A stretch of 64,000 bases of DNA from Chloroflexota bacterium (lineage in GTDB: Bacteria > Chloroflexota > UBA11872 > VXOZ01), in NCBI GenBank assembly GCA_012270555.1, contig JAAXIC010000029.1, forward strand, positions 11,601-75,600, given 5' to 3'. Numbering within the stretch: position 1 is the stretch's first letter; each line of letters opens with the position of its first letter. Below, piece after piece: positions 8,594 to 17,319 of the stretch. The notes under the pieces are model-generated. The model had not been told where the DNA came from and ran no database searches. It saw only the letters and a program-made list of their open reading frames with translations. Both the position numbers and the translations under genes were made by a program.

Positions 8594-10291
8594 ATGATGA
8601 TGCAGGCAAGAAAGAAGCTCCGGGCGGGCTTGTTGGTATTAGGGTTCTCGTTGTTGGCGCTATTGTCTTTGGCCTGTGGCGGCGTCCAAGTTCCGCCGGC
8701 AAGTATAGCACGGTCCTATTCTACTGTTTACTGGTCGCCTGACGGCTCGCGGATTGTCTTTTCTCGCGGTGCGCAAGGGACGTTCGTGGTTGACGTTGGG
8801 GGCACACGCTTGCACACCATCCCACCTGATACAGCGATTGGGGAAGAATGGGAACCGGGCAGCGTTTCAGCGGCGCTCTCTCCTGATGGATCGCGCGTAG
8901 CGTACGTTGCGGTGTTCAATGCCAGTTTCCTTGCTGGTAACTTCAACGCTGAAATCATGAGCGCAAGGGTAGATGGCACTGATGTGCAGAGGCTTACACG
9001 CTCCCGCCAGAGTCATCTTGACGACACGTTGCCTTCGTGGTCGCCTGATGGGCGCCGAATTGCATTTGGAACGAGAGGGACTGGGGGTGGTCACAAGCTA
9101 GCAGTCATGAACGCTGATGGCTCCAACGTGCTGATACTCACTCAGCGTTTGCCCTACTTCTTTCTTGATAGTCCGCCAGTGTGGTCTCCTGACGGCGATT
9201 GGATTGGGTTCTTGGGCCGCCATCCGGAAGAGGGTGTGAGCACTCAACGTCTCGCACTTCACATGGTGCGTTCGGATGGAACGGAAGTCTTGAATCTTGG
9301 CGCGGCGGCAAGCCCGCCCGCCTGGTCGCCGGACGGCAGCAGGATTGCGTTCTTTCAGGACACTGAAGGGGGAATGGCGCTGTATGCGGCGAATGGAGAC
9401 GGCACGGAAAAGCGGATGTTGTTGGCGCTAGGTCAAGACCATGAGTGGTATGTAGGTGATCATTCGTGGTCGCCGGATGGTTCGGAGCTTCTCTTTACCG
9501 CTTACAAGAGAGATGACAGATCTTGGATTGGCCACACCATTAGCGTTGAGAACGGAAACATCCTCACCGAGTTTGCAGGAGTAGTGGCCGCATGGTCGCC
9601 GGATGGGTCGCGCATCGCGGTACAGACGAGGATTTGCAAGGGCGGCTACCTGAGCGACTGCAATCCAGACTTCTTGCAGGATGTCTTGTACACGATAGCG
9701 CGGGATGGCACGGATAGGCAGGTGCTGGTGCGCGGCTCGGCCACAGAAATGATTCTGGGCGCCGATTGGTATGACGTGTCCGCAGACGTTGCTGCATGCG
9801 CTGAGTTGCACGCGGGTAACCCGGGCTTGGTAGCAGACTGCCGGACGCTGTTGACGATACGCAATGCGTTGGCAGGCGATTCCTTCCTGAACTGGAGCGC
9901 TGACGTTCCCATAAGCGAGTGGGAAGGCGTATGGGTGGAAGGCGAGCCACCGCGGGTGCGGGGATTGGCGCCCGGTAGTGGAGCCGGCGACCCTAAGTTG
10001 AAGGGGGTAATTCCACCGGAGCTGGGAAACCTGAGTGAGTTGTGGCTGCTAGACCTGGGGAGTAATGATCTCACTGGGAGTATTCCGTCAGAGTTGAGCA
10101 ACCTCAGCAAGTTGGAATATTTAAATCTCCAACACAACATGCTGACCGGAGACATACCGCCGGAGTTGGGGAACCTAAAGGAGCTGGGAGAACTGATCAT
10201 CAACGGCAACGATCTAACCGGCTGTGTACCCCAGGCATTATCCGCAACTGTGACTAAATTCTATTCCGATGGATTGGAATACTGCGAGTGA
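8594..10291 (+). CDS. lipoprotein with TolB-like PD40 beta-propeller and C-terminal plant-specific leucine-rich repeats (eukaryote-like protein)
   Basis: Triple ATG at 8594/8597/8600 after GGGAG; lipobox LSLAC. Repeated WSPDGSRIAF/WSPDGDWIGF PD40 motifs. LRRNT-like cap (CRTLLTIRNALAGDSFLNWSAD…WEGVWVEG). 24-residue PS-LRRs (LTGSIPSELSNLSKLEYLNLQHNMLTGDIPPELGNL) ending in Cys cap (TGCVPQALS…DGLEYCE). Confidence 0.85.
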   Translation: MMMQARKKLRAGLLVLGFSLLALLSLACGGVQVPPASIARSYSTVYWSPDGSRIVFSRGAQGTFVVDVGGTRLHTIPPDTAIGEEWEPGSVSAALSPDGSRVAYVAVFNASFLAGNFNAEIMSARVDGTDVQRLTRSRQSHLDDTLPSWSPDGRRIAFGTRGTGGGHKLAVMNADGSNVLILTQRLPYFFLDSPPVWSPDGDWIGFLGRHPEEGVSTQRLALHMVRSDGTEVLNLGAAASPPAWSPDGSRIAFFQDTEGGMALYAANGDGTEKRMLLALGQDHEWYVGDHSWSPDGSELLFTAYKRDDRSWIGHTISVENGNILTEFAGVVAAWSPDGSRIAVQTRICKGGYLSDCNPDFLQDVLYTIARDGTDRQVLVRGSATEMILGADWYDVSADVAACAELHAGNPGLVADCRTLLTIRNALAGDSFLNWSADVPISEWEGVWVEGEPPRVRGLAPGSGAGDPKLKGVIPPELGNLSELWLLDLGSNDLTGSIPSELSNLSKLEYLNLQHNMLTGDIPPELGNLKELGELIINGNDLTGCVPQALSATVTKFYSDGLEYCE

Positions 10292-10496
10292 CTGTGAGAC
10301 TGCAAGAGCCGATATACCTGATCTACTTTGTGGAGTGAAGTTTGGTGTAGACAATGATGATAGGTGCGTGGCTTCACACCCTGTCACTGTCGACTCGGTG
10401 ATGAGCTACGATTCTGAAACTGGTGTGAATGAGCCGGACTGTGCGCCGCACCCGCTGGACATCATGGCGATATTCTCGTTGTATCAATCCCCATAG
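10292..10496 (+). pseudogene. remnant of metzincin C-terminal domain (decayed tandem-duplicate fragment)
   Basis: Last about 45 codons (…HPVTVDSVMSYDSETGVNEPDCAPHPLDIMAIFSLYQSP*) align to the C-terminus of the 5568..8549 gene (…HPSTGDAVLNYTWSEPDCAPHPLDIMAIHALYQSP*), about 90% nt identity over the core. No HExxH or catalytic domain upstream; retains serralysin-like Met-turn SVMSY. Confidence 0.5.
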
Positions 10497-10536
10497 TTCC
10501 CACTGATAGCGTGAAGTGAGGCGGGAGAAGACAGTG

Positions 10537-12579
10537 CTGACATTGAAGAAGCTCAGGGCAGGTTCGTTAGTAGTGGGGATATTGTTGTTGGCGTTATCGT
10601 CATTGGGCTGCAGTAATGGGCAGATCCCGCCGGCATGGGATGCCAATCCGTATTCAACGTTGAACTGGACACCAGACAGTACGCAGATTGTCTTTTCGCG
10701 CTCCGTTCAGGGGACGTTCGTGGTTGACGTTACGGGCACGCGCTTGCACACCATACCAACGAACGCGCCGCTTGGGGATCTTTATCATCCAGGCAGTGTC
10801 GCAGCGGCACTTTCACCTGATGGATCGCGGGTAGCATACGTTGCTTTATTCTCTGACGGCTTATATGGGGCATCCAACGCTGAAATCATGATCGCAAGCA
10901 TAGCTGGTACAAGTGTCCGCAGACTTACACGAAATGTAGACTCCCATGATACGCATCCCGTGTGGTCGCCGGACGGGAACTACATTGCCTACTTGTCTGG
11001 TGACAAACTTGCCGTGATGACTGTAGACGAAGGGAACGTGCAGGCACTTCCGTTGTCAGTTGTTTCCGGGGGATTTGGGCCGGTTTGGTCGCCCGACGGC
11101 AGTAGGCTTGCATACTTGGTTTGGGATGAAGAGATCGCGCATGGAGTCCCTTACGTCATGCGGCTCGATGGATCGGACATCGTGAAGCTAGGCGATGCGG
11201 TTGTGGTTGGTGAACCGGCTTGGTCGCCCGACGGTAGCAGGATTGCGTACTTGGGCTTCGAGGAAAGTGAAGATGACAAAGTTCTCTACGTGGCACGGCC
11301 GGATGGATCGGAAGTCTTGGACCTTGGGAAGGCAGCAAGCCCGCCGGCCTGGTCGCCGGACGGCAATAGGATTGCATTCTTCCAGCAAGAAAAAGGATTG
11401 AGGCTGTATACGGCGAATCCAGACGGGACGGGCAGACGGCTGGTCTTGACGCTCGGGAGAATTGGTGAGTGGCGGCCCGGCGCGCTTTCATGGTCGCCGG
11501 ATGGCTCGACGCTTCTCTTTGCCAGTTACTACCTTTCCATTTACGAGAGGTATGAACAAGGGCCGTGGCATCTCGTCAACATAGAGGACGAAAAAATCGT
11601 TGCCGACTTTGAGGGGGAAACTCCTGAGTGGTCGCCAGACGGTTCGCGTATAGCCGTGCTCGCCAATATGTGCAAGCGCTTTGGTGACGGTGGATTCATG
11701 GAAGACTGTGATCCCAACGATCAGGACGTGCTGTACACGCTGGCGCGAGACGGGACGGATAGGCAGGTATTGGTGCGTGCGACGAATGATCGTCAGAGTA
11801 CGAAGTACGAGCGTCTGAATGCGGACTTCATACGCCGCGACGTGCCGCGCCGCCAGGCGGTGTGTGCAGTGCGCTACGCCGATAACGCCGGCTTGTCGCA
11901 GGATTGCGAGACGCTGCTGGCGCTGCGCGACAAGTTAGGTGGGGATGCCTTCCTCAATTGGCACAATTCTATCCCCATGGCACGGTGGCAAGGGGTCACC
12001 ATTGAGGGAAATCCTCCGCGCGTACACGGACTGCATATCCCTATAGCTAGCGGGGCGTCACCGGTGCTGAAGGGTGTTCTACCATCGGAGTTGGGCAATC
12101 TCAGCGAATTGCGCCGGATAGATTTCAGCGGCAATGCCTTAACAGGGGAGTTGCCGGCTGAGCTAGGCAATCTGATCAAGTTGGAACGCTTGGTTCTGTA
12201 CGAAAACAACCTGACCGGGAGTATTCCGGCAGAGCTAGGCAACTTGAGCGCATTGCAGGGATTGTATTTGGGCGGGAATGACCTGAGTGGGAGTATACCG
12301 GCGGAGTTGGGCAACCTCGCGAAGCTGGAGGAGTTGGACCTAAAGGACAATTCCCTAACGGGAAGTATTCCAGCAGCGTTGGACAACCTGAACGAGGTTA
12401 AAGTGCTCTTGCTACAAGATAACGGTCTAACTGGCAGCCTCCCACCTGAGTTAGGAAACCTTGAGAACCTGAAAACGCTCGATGTCTCGGGCAACGATCT
12501 AACGGACTGCGTGCCGAAAGTGTTGTCCGAACGTACGCCTAATGTCTTTACCGATGGATTGGAATCGTGTGCGGAGTGA
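10537..12579 (+). CDS. lipoprotein with PD40 beta-propeller and plant-specific LRRs (paralog of 8594..10291)
   Basis: GTG 10537 after GGGAG (GTG 10516 alternative); N-term aligns with paralog (LKKLRAGSLVVG vs ARKKLRAGLLVLG); lipobox LSSLGC. WSPDGxxIA(Y/F) repeats, LRRNT cap (CETLLALRDKLGGDAFLNWHNS), 6 PS-LRRs, Cys cap (TDCVPKVLS…DGLESCAE). Confidence 0.85.
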   Translation: MTLKKLRAGSLVVGILLLALSSLGCSNGQIPPAWDANPYSTLNWTPDSTQIVFSRSVQGTFVVDVTGTRLHTIPTNAPLGDLYHPGSVAAALSPDGSRVAYVALFSDGLYGASNAEIMIASIAGTSVRRLTRNVDSHDTHPVWSPDGNYIAYLSGDKLAVMTVDEGNVQALPLSVVSGGFGPVWSPDGSRLAYLVWDEEIAHGVPYVMRLDGSDIVKLGDAVVVGEPAWSPDGSRIAYLGFEESEDDKVLYVARPDGSEVLDLGKAASPPAWSPDGNRIAFFQQEKGLRLYTANPDGTGRRLVLTLGRIGEWRPGALSWSPDGSTLLFASYYLSIYERYEQGPWHLVNIEDEKIVADFEGETPEWSPDGSRIAVLANMCKRFGDGGFMEDCDPNDQDVLYTLARDGTDRQVLVRATNDRQSTKYERLNADFIRRDVPRRQAVCAVRYADNAGLSQDCETLLALRDKLGGDAFLNWHNSIPMARWQGVTIEGNPPRVHGLHIPIASGASPVLKGVLPSELGNLSELRRIDFSGNALTGELPAELGNLIKLERLVLYENNLTGSIPAELGNLSALQGLYLGGNDLSGSIPAELGNLAKLEELDLKDNSLTGSIPAALDNLNEVKVLLLQDNGLTGSLPPELGNLENLKTLDVSGNDLTDCVPKVLSERTPNVFTDGLESCAE

Positions 12580-12623
12580 CAGCAGAGCCACGCTAGTTCG
12601 TCTACTGTATTGAGATTAGTGGG

Positions 12624-15600
12624 ATGTCAGGAATGAGAAGGCTTTTTACAAGTGCAGTGGTACTAGGGCTGCTCGTGATGATCGGGGCGGTTGTGGGATG
12701 TAGTGGGATATCCGGCGGTCACGTCATGCAAGATGCGCCATTGGACACGCCTTTGGCCGAGTCCCAAACACCAACGCAGAAAGACACGCCGCCTGAGAAT
12801 ACACTCAGGCTAGAAGCTGACAAACTAATGAACAGTCAGCCCCGCGACGTCAGCCGCTTCAACCTCTTTGCAGTGAAACCGTTAGGAGCAGCATCTGTAG
12901 GTGATGTAGAAGCCGACAGTTTAGAGGACGTGTTGGAGAAGGGGCTGCGCTTGGCCCAGGCTTCTCCGGTGCATTTAGCGGTGCGCGGAACGGGCGTGAA
13001 TAACTCGGTCCGTTGTGCATGGCGAGGCGTGGCCAGAACTGCGACACAACGAGAACAGGCAGTCAGGTTCTGGTTGGAACTCGCCACTGCTGATCCGCTG
13101 CCGTCGGCAGCGGAGGTGGAGCGCCGTTTCACGGCTGAGTTGAATCGGATAAGAGTGTTGTTGCCGGAGACCGCTAAGGCTAATTTTAGATCCCTTGCGC
13201 AGGGCGGCCTGTCGATCGAGTATCTCTTCCTGACCTGCTACGTGGACTACACTGCCAGTGAGTACATTCTGGGCGCGGGGCCGACTACGCTCACGCTGGC
13301 CTACGACCACATGGCGGAAACACGTTCATATGATCTTTACAGCCGGGCGCACACGGCGGGAGAATTTGGCGGTGATGCGCTGTTGTCTGCGACTGAGTAC
13401 CAAGCCGGGCTCGACCAGATGGTCGCTGACGCGGAGGATGCGCTGAGTGGGATAGTAGAGGGACGGGAGAGCGTGGTATTCTTGGCACCCATGGGGGCGC
13501 ATCACGCGATTGCGATTGAGGCGTGGCAGGTCGTTGATCAGTGGGACGTGCAGACGGTGGACGGCGTGGTGAACGCGGTGCGGTACGGGGCGTATGCCGG
13601 CGACCCGGAGCATACGCAGACGCTGGCGGGGTTGAAGACGCGGGTCACGACGGCGGCAGCGAGTGATGCGTTTGTGAACAAGCGGATTGCCAACGCCAGC
13701 GGCTTGCAGGCGCACTATAGGAGTATCGGGGCGTATGGCGACATCACGCCGGACGATGGCGAGACGACGACGTTCACCCCGGCGCAACCGCCGCCGCTGC
13801 GGGTCTGCGCCAACGGCACGGCGGTGCCCAGTCCCCGAGATAACCGCGCGCTGGTGCTGGACTGTGGGACGCTATTGGAACTGAAGGACACCCTGGTTGG
13901 CACGGCGACGCTGAACTGGAGCGCGAGCACGGCGCTCACGAGTTGGGACGGGGTGACGACGGGCGGCACGCCGAGCCGGGTGACCAGGCTGCGACTGGCG
14001 AGCAAGAGCCTGAGCGGGAGCATTCCGGTGGAATTAGGCACGCTGAATGCCTTGACCCACCTGGACCTGAGCAGCAATTCCCTGACTGGGGAGATTCCGG
14101 AGGAATTGGGATTGCTGGAGAATCTGGTAGAGCTGAAGCTTTCCGGCAACACGTTCACAGGATGCATACCGCTGGCGCTGGAGGACGTGACCACGAACGA
14201 CCTGAGCAGCCTGAATATCCTCTACTGCCTGGAGGAACCGCCCGCGCCGGAGGACCTCAGCGTGTCTCTGGCCGACGACACGTTCACCCTCAGTTGGACT
14301 GCCGTCACCGGCGCGGACCAGTACCGGGTGCAGTACAGAACCGGCGGCTCTGAGAGCGAGTGGACGAGCCTAGATGCCGTGACGACTGCCAGCCAGACGC
14401 TTAGTCCCGAGGATGGGCCCTTATGTGAGACGACCTATGAGTTTCGCGTGCAGGCGCACGGCGACGGCATTGCCCTCGCTGCCGAGTGGGGCGAGCCGTC
14501 CGCGGCGGTCTCGCACACCACGGGAACCTGCAACCTCCCGCCTGTGTTCGCCGTCGAATCCTACGCCTTCACAGTATCCGAGGACGCTTCTCCGTGGCCT
14601 GAGGTGAGCGTCTTGGGAACCGTTTCGGCAACCGACCCGGACGAGGGAGATACGCCGTTCTACTACATAACTGCCGGGAATGAGGCTGGGCAGTTCGGAA
14701 TAGACGGGAGCCGAGGGGAAATTCTGGTCTGGCGCGCTCTGGACCACGAGACGGCCTCATCGTACACGTTGACGGTGGAGGCGCGGGATGGGAAGGAGAA
14801 CGGCACGGCATCGGTGACAGTTGAAATCACTGTCTCCGAGGGTCCCCCACCCGCGCCGGAGGACCTCAGCGTGTCCCTTGCGGAAGGCGTGTTTACTATC
14901 TCATGGAGCGAGTTGACGGGAGCAGACCGGTACCGAGTGCAGCACAGAACCGGTGGCGAAGAGGGTGAGTGGACGAACCTGGATGCCGTGACGGCTGCCA
15001 GCCAGACGTTCAGCCCAGAGGGCGGCGCCATATGCGGCACGACTTACGAGTTCCAGGTGCAGGCCCGGGGAAATGGCATTGCCTATGTAGCCGGGTGGGG
15101 AGAATTCTCCGAGTCCGCTTCGCACACGACCGAAGCGTGCAATCTGCCGCCCGCGTTCGACTCTGCGACGTATACCTTCACGGTTGCCGAGGATGCTGCC
15201 ACCAGCACGGCCGTCGGCTCCGTTTCCGCCACCGATCCCAATGAGAATGACAGTGTGACCTACTCAATCACTGCAGGCAACGGCGACGGCACGTTTTCCA
15301 TAGACGGCAGCAGCGGGAGCATTGCGGTCGCTGCCGCCCTGGATTATGAGACCACCACGGCGTACTCACTAACGGTGCAGGCCAGCGACGGCAAGGAGGA
15401 TGGCACGGCGACGGCAACAGTCGCGATCACTGTCACCAACGTGGCGGAAGATCCTCCGCCCGCGCCGGAGGACCTCAGCGTGTCTCTGGCCGACGACACG
15501 TTCACCCTCAGTTGGACTGCCGTCACCGGTGCGGACCAGTACCGGGTGCAGTACAGAACCGGCGGCTCTGAGAGTGAGTGGACGAGCCTGGATGTCGTGA

Positions 15601-16991
15601 CCGCTGCCAGCCAGACGTTCAGCCCAGAGGGTGGCGCCTTATGCGGGACGACTTATGAGTTCCAGGTGCAGGCACACGGCGACGGGGAGACCTACCTTGT
15701 CGAGTGGGGAGAGTTCTCCGAGTCCGCTTCGCACACGACCGAAGCGTGCAATCTCCCGCCCGCGTTCGGCTCTGCGACATACACCTTTACGATAGCTGAA
15801 GACGCTGACATAGGTACGACCGTTGGCACCGTCTCCGCCACCGACCCCAACCCCAACGATGGGGACAGTGTGACCTACTCAATCACTGCGGGCAACGGCG
15901 ACGGTACGTTCTCCATAAACGGCAGCAGCGGGAGCATTACGGTCGCCGCCGCGCTGGATTACGAGACCACCATGGCGTACTCGCTGACGGTGCAGGCCAG
16001 CGACGGGAAGGAAGGCGGCACGGCGTTCGCGACGGTCGAGATCACGATCACCGACGTGGCGGAAGATCCCCCGCCCGCGCCGTATAGACTGCCCTCGGTC
16101 TACAATGACGGCGTGTTCCAGCTCAGTTGGAGGTCCGTCGCTGGCGCAGACCAGTACCGGGTGCAGTACCGTATCGGCGGCGACGCGGGTACCTGGATCA
16201 ACTTGGCCGCCACGACGAACACATACCAGTTTTTTACCCTGGAGGGCGGAATTACGTGCGGGACGACCTATGAGTTCCGCATGCAGGCGCGTGGCGACGG
16301 GGAGACCTACCCCGCTATCTGGGGTTCACCATCCAGCGCCGCCATATTCACTGCCCACCCTTGCAACCAGGCGCCTGCGTTTGGCTCTGCGACGTATGAC
16401 TTCACGGTAGCCGAGGACTCTGCCACGGGCACGGCCGTTGGCACTGTTTCCGCCACCGACCCCGACAGCGGGGATAGCGTGACCTATTCGATCACCGCCG
16501 GCAATGGCGACGGCAAGTTTTCCATAGACGGCAGCAGCGGGAGCATTACGGTTGCCGCCGCGCTGGATTACGAGACCGCAACGTCGTACACGCTGACGGT
16601 GCAGGCCAGCGACGGGAAGAAGGATGGCACGGCGACAGCGACGGTCGCAATCAGCGTCACCAACGTGGCGGAAGCTCCTCCGCCCGCGCCGGAGGACCTG
16701 ACCGGCACGGTCACGCACAACAGCGTCACGCTCTCGTGGGACGCGCCCGATGACACCACCGTCACGAGCTACCAGATACTGCGGCGCAGACCCGACCACG
16801 GCGAGACAGAGTTGCTGGTGCACGTAGCCGATACCGAGAGCATTGACGATACCGAGAGTATCGAGACCACGTACACGGACACGGATGTGGCGCCCGGCAC
16901 CCGCTACGTGTACCGGGTCAAGGCCATTAACGCTATCGGTCTGGGTCCGTTCTCAAAGCCCGTGACCGTGACTACTGCGCAACAGCCCTAG
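12624..16991 (+). CDS. giant lipoprotein: N-terminal unknown domain + PS-LRR module + four tandem [FN3 + cadherin] units + terminal FN3
   Basis: Lipobox VVGC. LRRNT-like cap (CANGTAVPSPRDNRALVLDCGTLLELKDTL…NWSAS…WDGV) then LSGSIPVELGTLNALTHLDLSSNSLTGEIPEELG. Four about 200-aa units starting PPAPEDLSVSLA with FN3 (YRVQYRTGG…YEFQVQAHGDG) then cadherin-like repeat (…VSATDPN…ITAGNGDGTFSIDGSSGSI…LDYET…YSLTVQASDGK). 1455 aa. Confidence 0.85.
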   Translation: MSGMRRLFTSAVVLGLLVMIGAVVGCSGISGGHVMQDAPLDTPLAESQTPTQKDTPPENTLRLEADKLMNSQPRDVSRFNLFAVKPLGAASVGDVEADSLEDVLEKGLRLAQASPVHLAVRGTGVNNSVRCAWRGVARTATQREQAVRFWLELATADPLPSAAEVERRFTAELNRIRVLLPETAKANFRSLAQGGLSIEYLFLTCYVDYTASEYILGAGPTTLTLAYDHMAETRSYDLYSRAHTAGEFGGDALLSATEYQAGLDQMVADAEDALSGIVEGRESVVFLAPMGAHHAIAIEAWQVVDQWDVQTVDGVVNAVRYGAYAGDPEHTQTLAGLKTRVTTAAASDAFVNKRIANASGLQAHYRSIGAYGDITPDDGETTTFTPAQPPPLRVCANGTAVPSPRDNRALVLDCGTLLELKDTLVGTATLNWSASTALTSWDGVTTGGTPSRVTRLRLASKSLSGSIPVELGTLNALTHLDLSSNSLTGEIPEELGLLENLVELKLSGNTFTGCIPLALEDVTTNDLSSLNILYCLEEPPAPEDLSVSLADDTFTLSWTAVTGADQYRVQYRTGGSESEWTSLDAVTTASQTLSPEDGPLCETTYEFRVQAHGDGIALAAEWGEPSAAVSHTTGTCNLPPVFAVESYAFTVSEDASPWPEVSVLGTVSATDPDEGDTPFYYITAGNEAGQFGIDGSRGEILVWRALDHETASSYTLTVEARDGKENGTASVTVEITVSEGPPPAPEDLSVSLAEGVFTISWSELTGADRYRVQHRTGGEEGEWTNLDAVTAASQTFSPEGGAICGTTYEFQVQARGNGIAYVAGWGEFSESASHTTEACNLPPAFDSATYTFTVAEDAATSTAVGSVSATDPNENDSVTYSITAGNGDGTFSIDGSSGSIAVAAALDYETTTAYSLTVQASDGKEDGTATATVAITVTNVAEDPPPAPEDLSVSLADDTFTLSWTAVTGADQYRVQYRTGGSESEWTSLDVVTAASQTFSPEGGALCGTTYEFQVQAHGDGETYLVEWGEFSESASHTTEACNLPPAFGSATYTFTIAEDADIGTTVGTVSATDPNPNDGDSVTYSITAGNGDGTFSINGSSGSITVAAALDYETTMAYSLTVQASDGKEGGTAFATVEITITDVAEDPPPAPYRLPSVYNDGVFQLSWRSVAGADQYRVQYRIGGDAGTWINLAATTNTYQFFTLEGGITCGTTYEFRMQARGDGETYPAIWGSPSSAAIFTAHPCNQAPAFGSATYDFTVAEDSATGTAVGTVSATDPDSGDSVTYSITAGNGDGKFSIDGSSGSITVAAALDYETATSYTLTVQASDGKKDGTATATVAISVTNVAEAPPPAPEDLTGTVTHNSVTLSWDAPDDTTVTSYQILRRRPDHGETELLVHVADTESIDDTESIETTYTDTDVAPGTRYVYRVKAINAIGLGPFSKPVTVTTAQQP
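14230..16680 (+). repeat. intragenic tandem repeat, four units of about 610 bp (FN3-cadherin modules)
   Basis: Unit starts near 14240, 14846, 15454, 16078 (and terminal partial at 16676) all begin ccgcccgcgccggaggacctcagcgtg or close variant. Units 1 and 3 share long identical nt runs (e.g. gacgacacgttcaccctcagttggactgccgtcaccgg…gaccagtaccgggtgcagtacagaaccggcggctctgag). Confidence 0.8.
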
Positions 16992-17319
16992 TGGAGAACG
17001 GGCCTTTCCAGTGGCGGCGGGCCCAGTACGAGAGGGTGCTTGATCTGGCTCGCGCTCGTCAGAGACAAACCCGGGCCCAGGGAGTTTTGCTGCATGGGTT
17101 CCACGCTGATGTTTCGCCGAATAGAACGCAGATTGCGATGTACAAGGGAATGATCGGCAGCGATGATAGAACGCATTGACCGGATGCTACGTCCGGTCAG
17201 TTCATGTCCAGACATGCTTGGCGGATGCACTGGGGGGATACTGCTATTTCTTCGTATCGATTGTCCCTCTTGGCGGTTTTGGAGGCGATGCGAGAGCCTC
17301 TAAGATTGGAGACCAAGCC

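Noticed and set aside
17178-17198. Perfect 7-bp stem hairpin GACCGGAtgctacgTCCGGTC between the giant gene and thiO
   Set aside because: No U-tract on either strand after the stem, so not a convincing intrinsic terminator; may still be a Rho-dependent or structural element.
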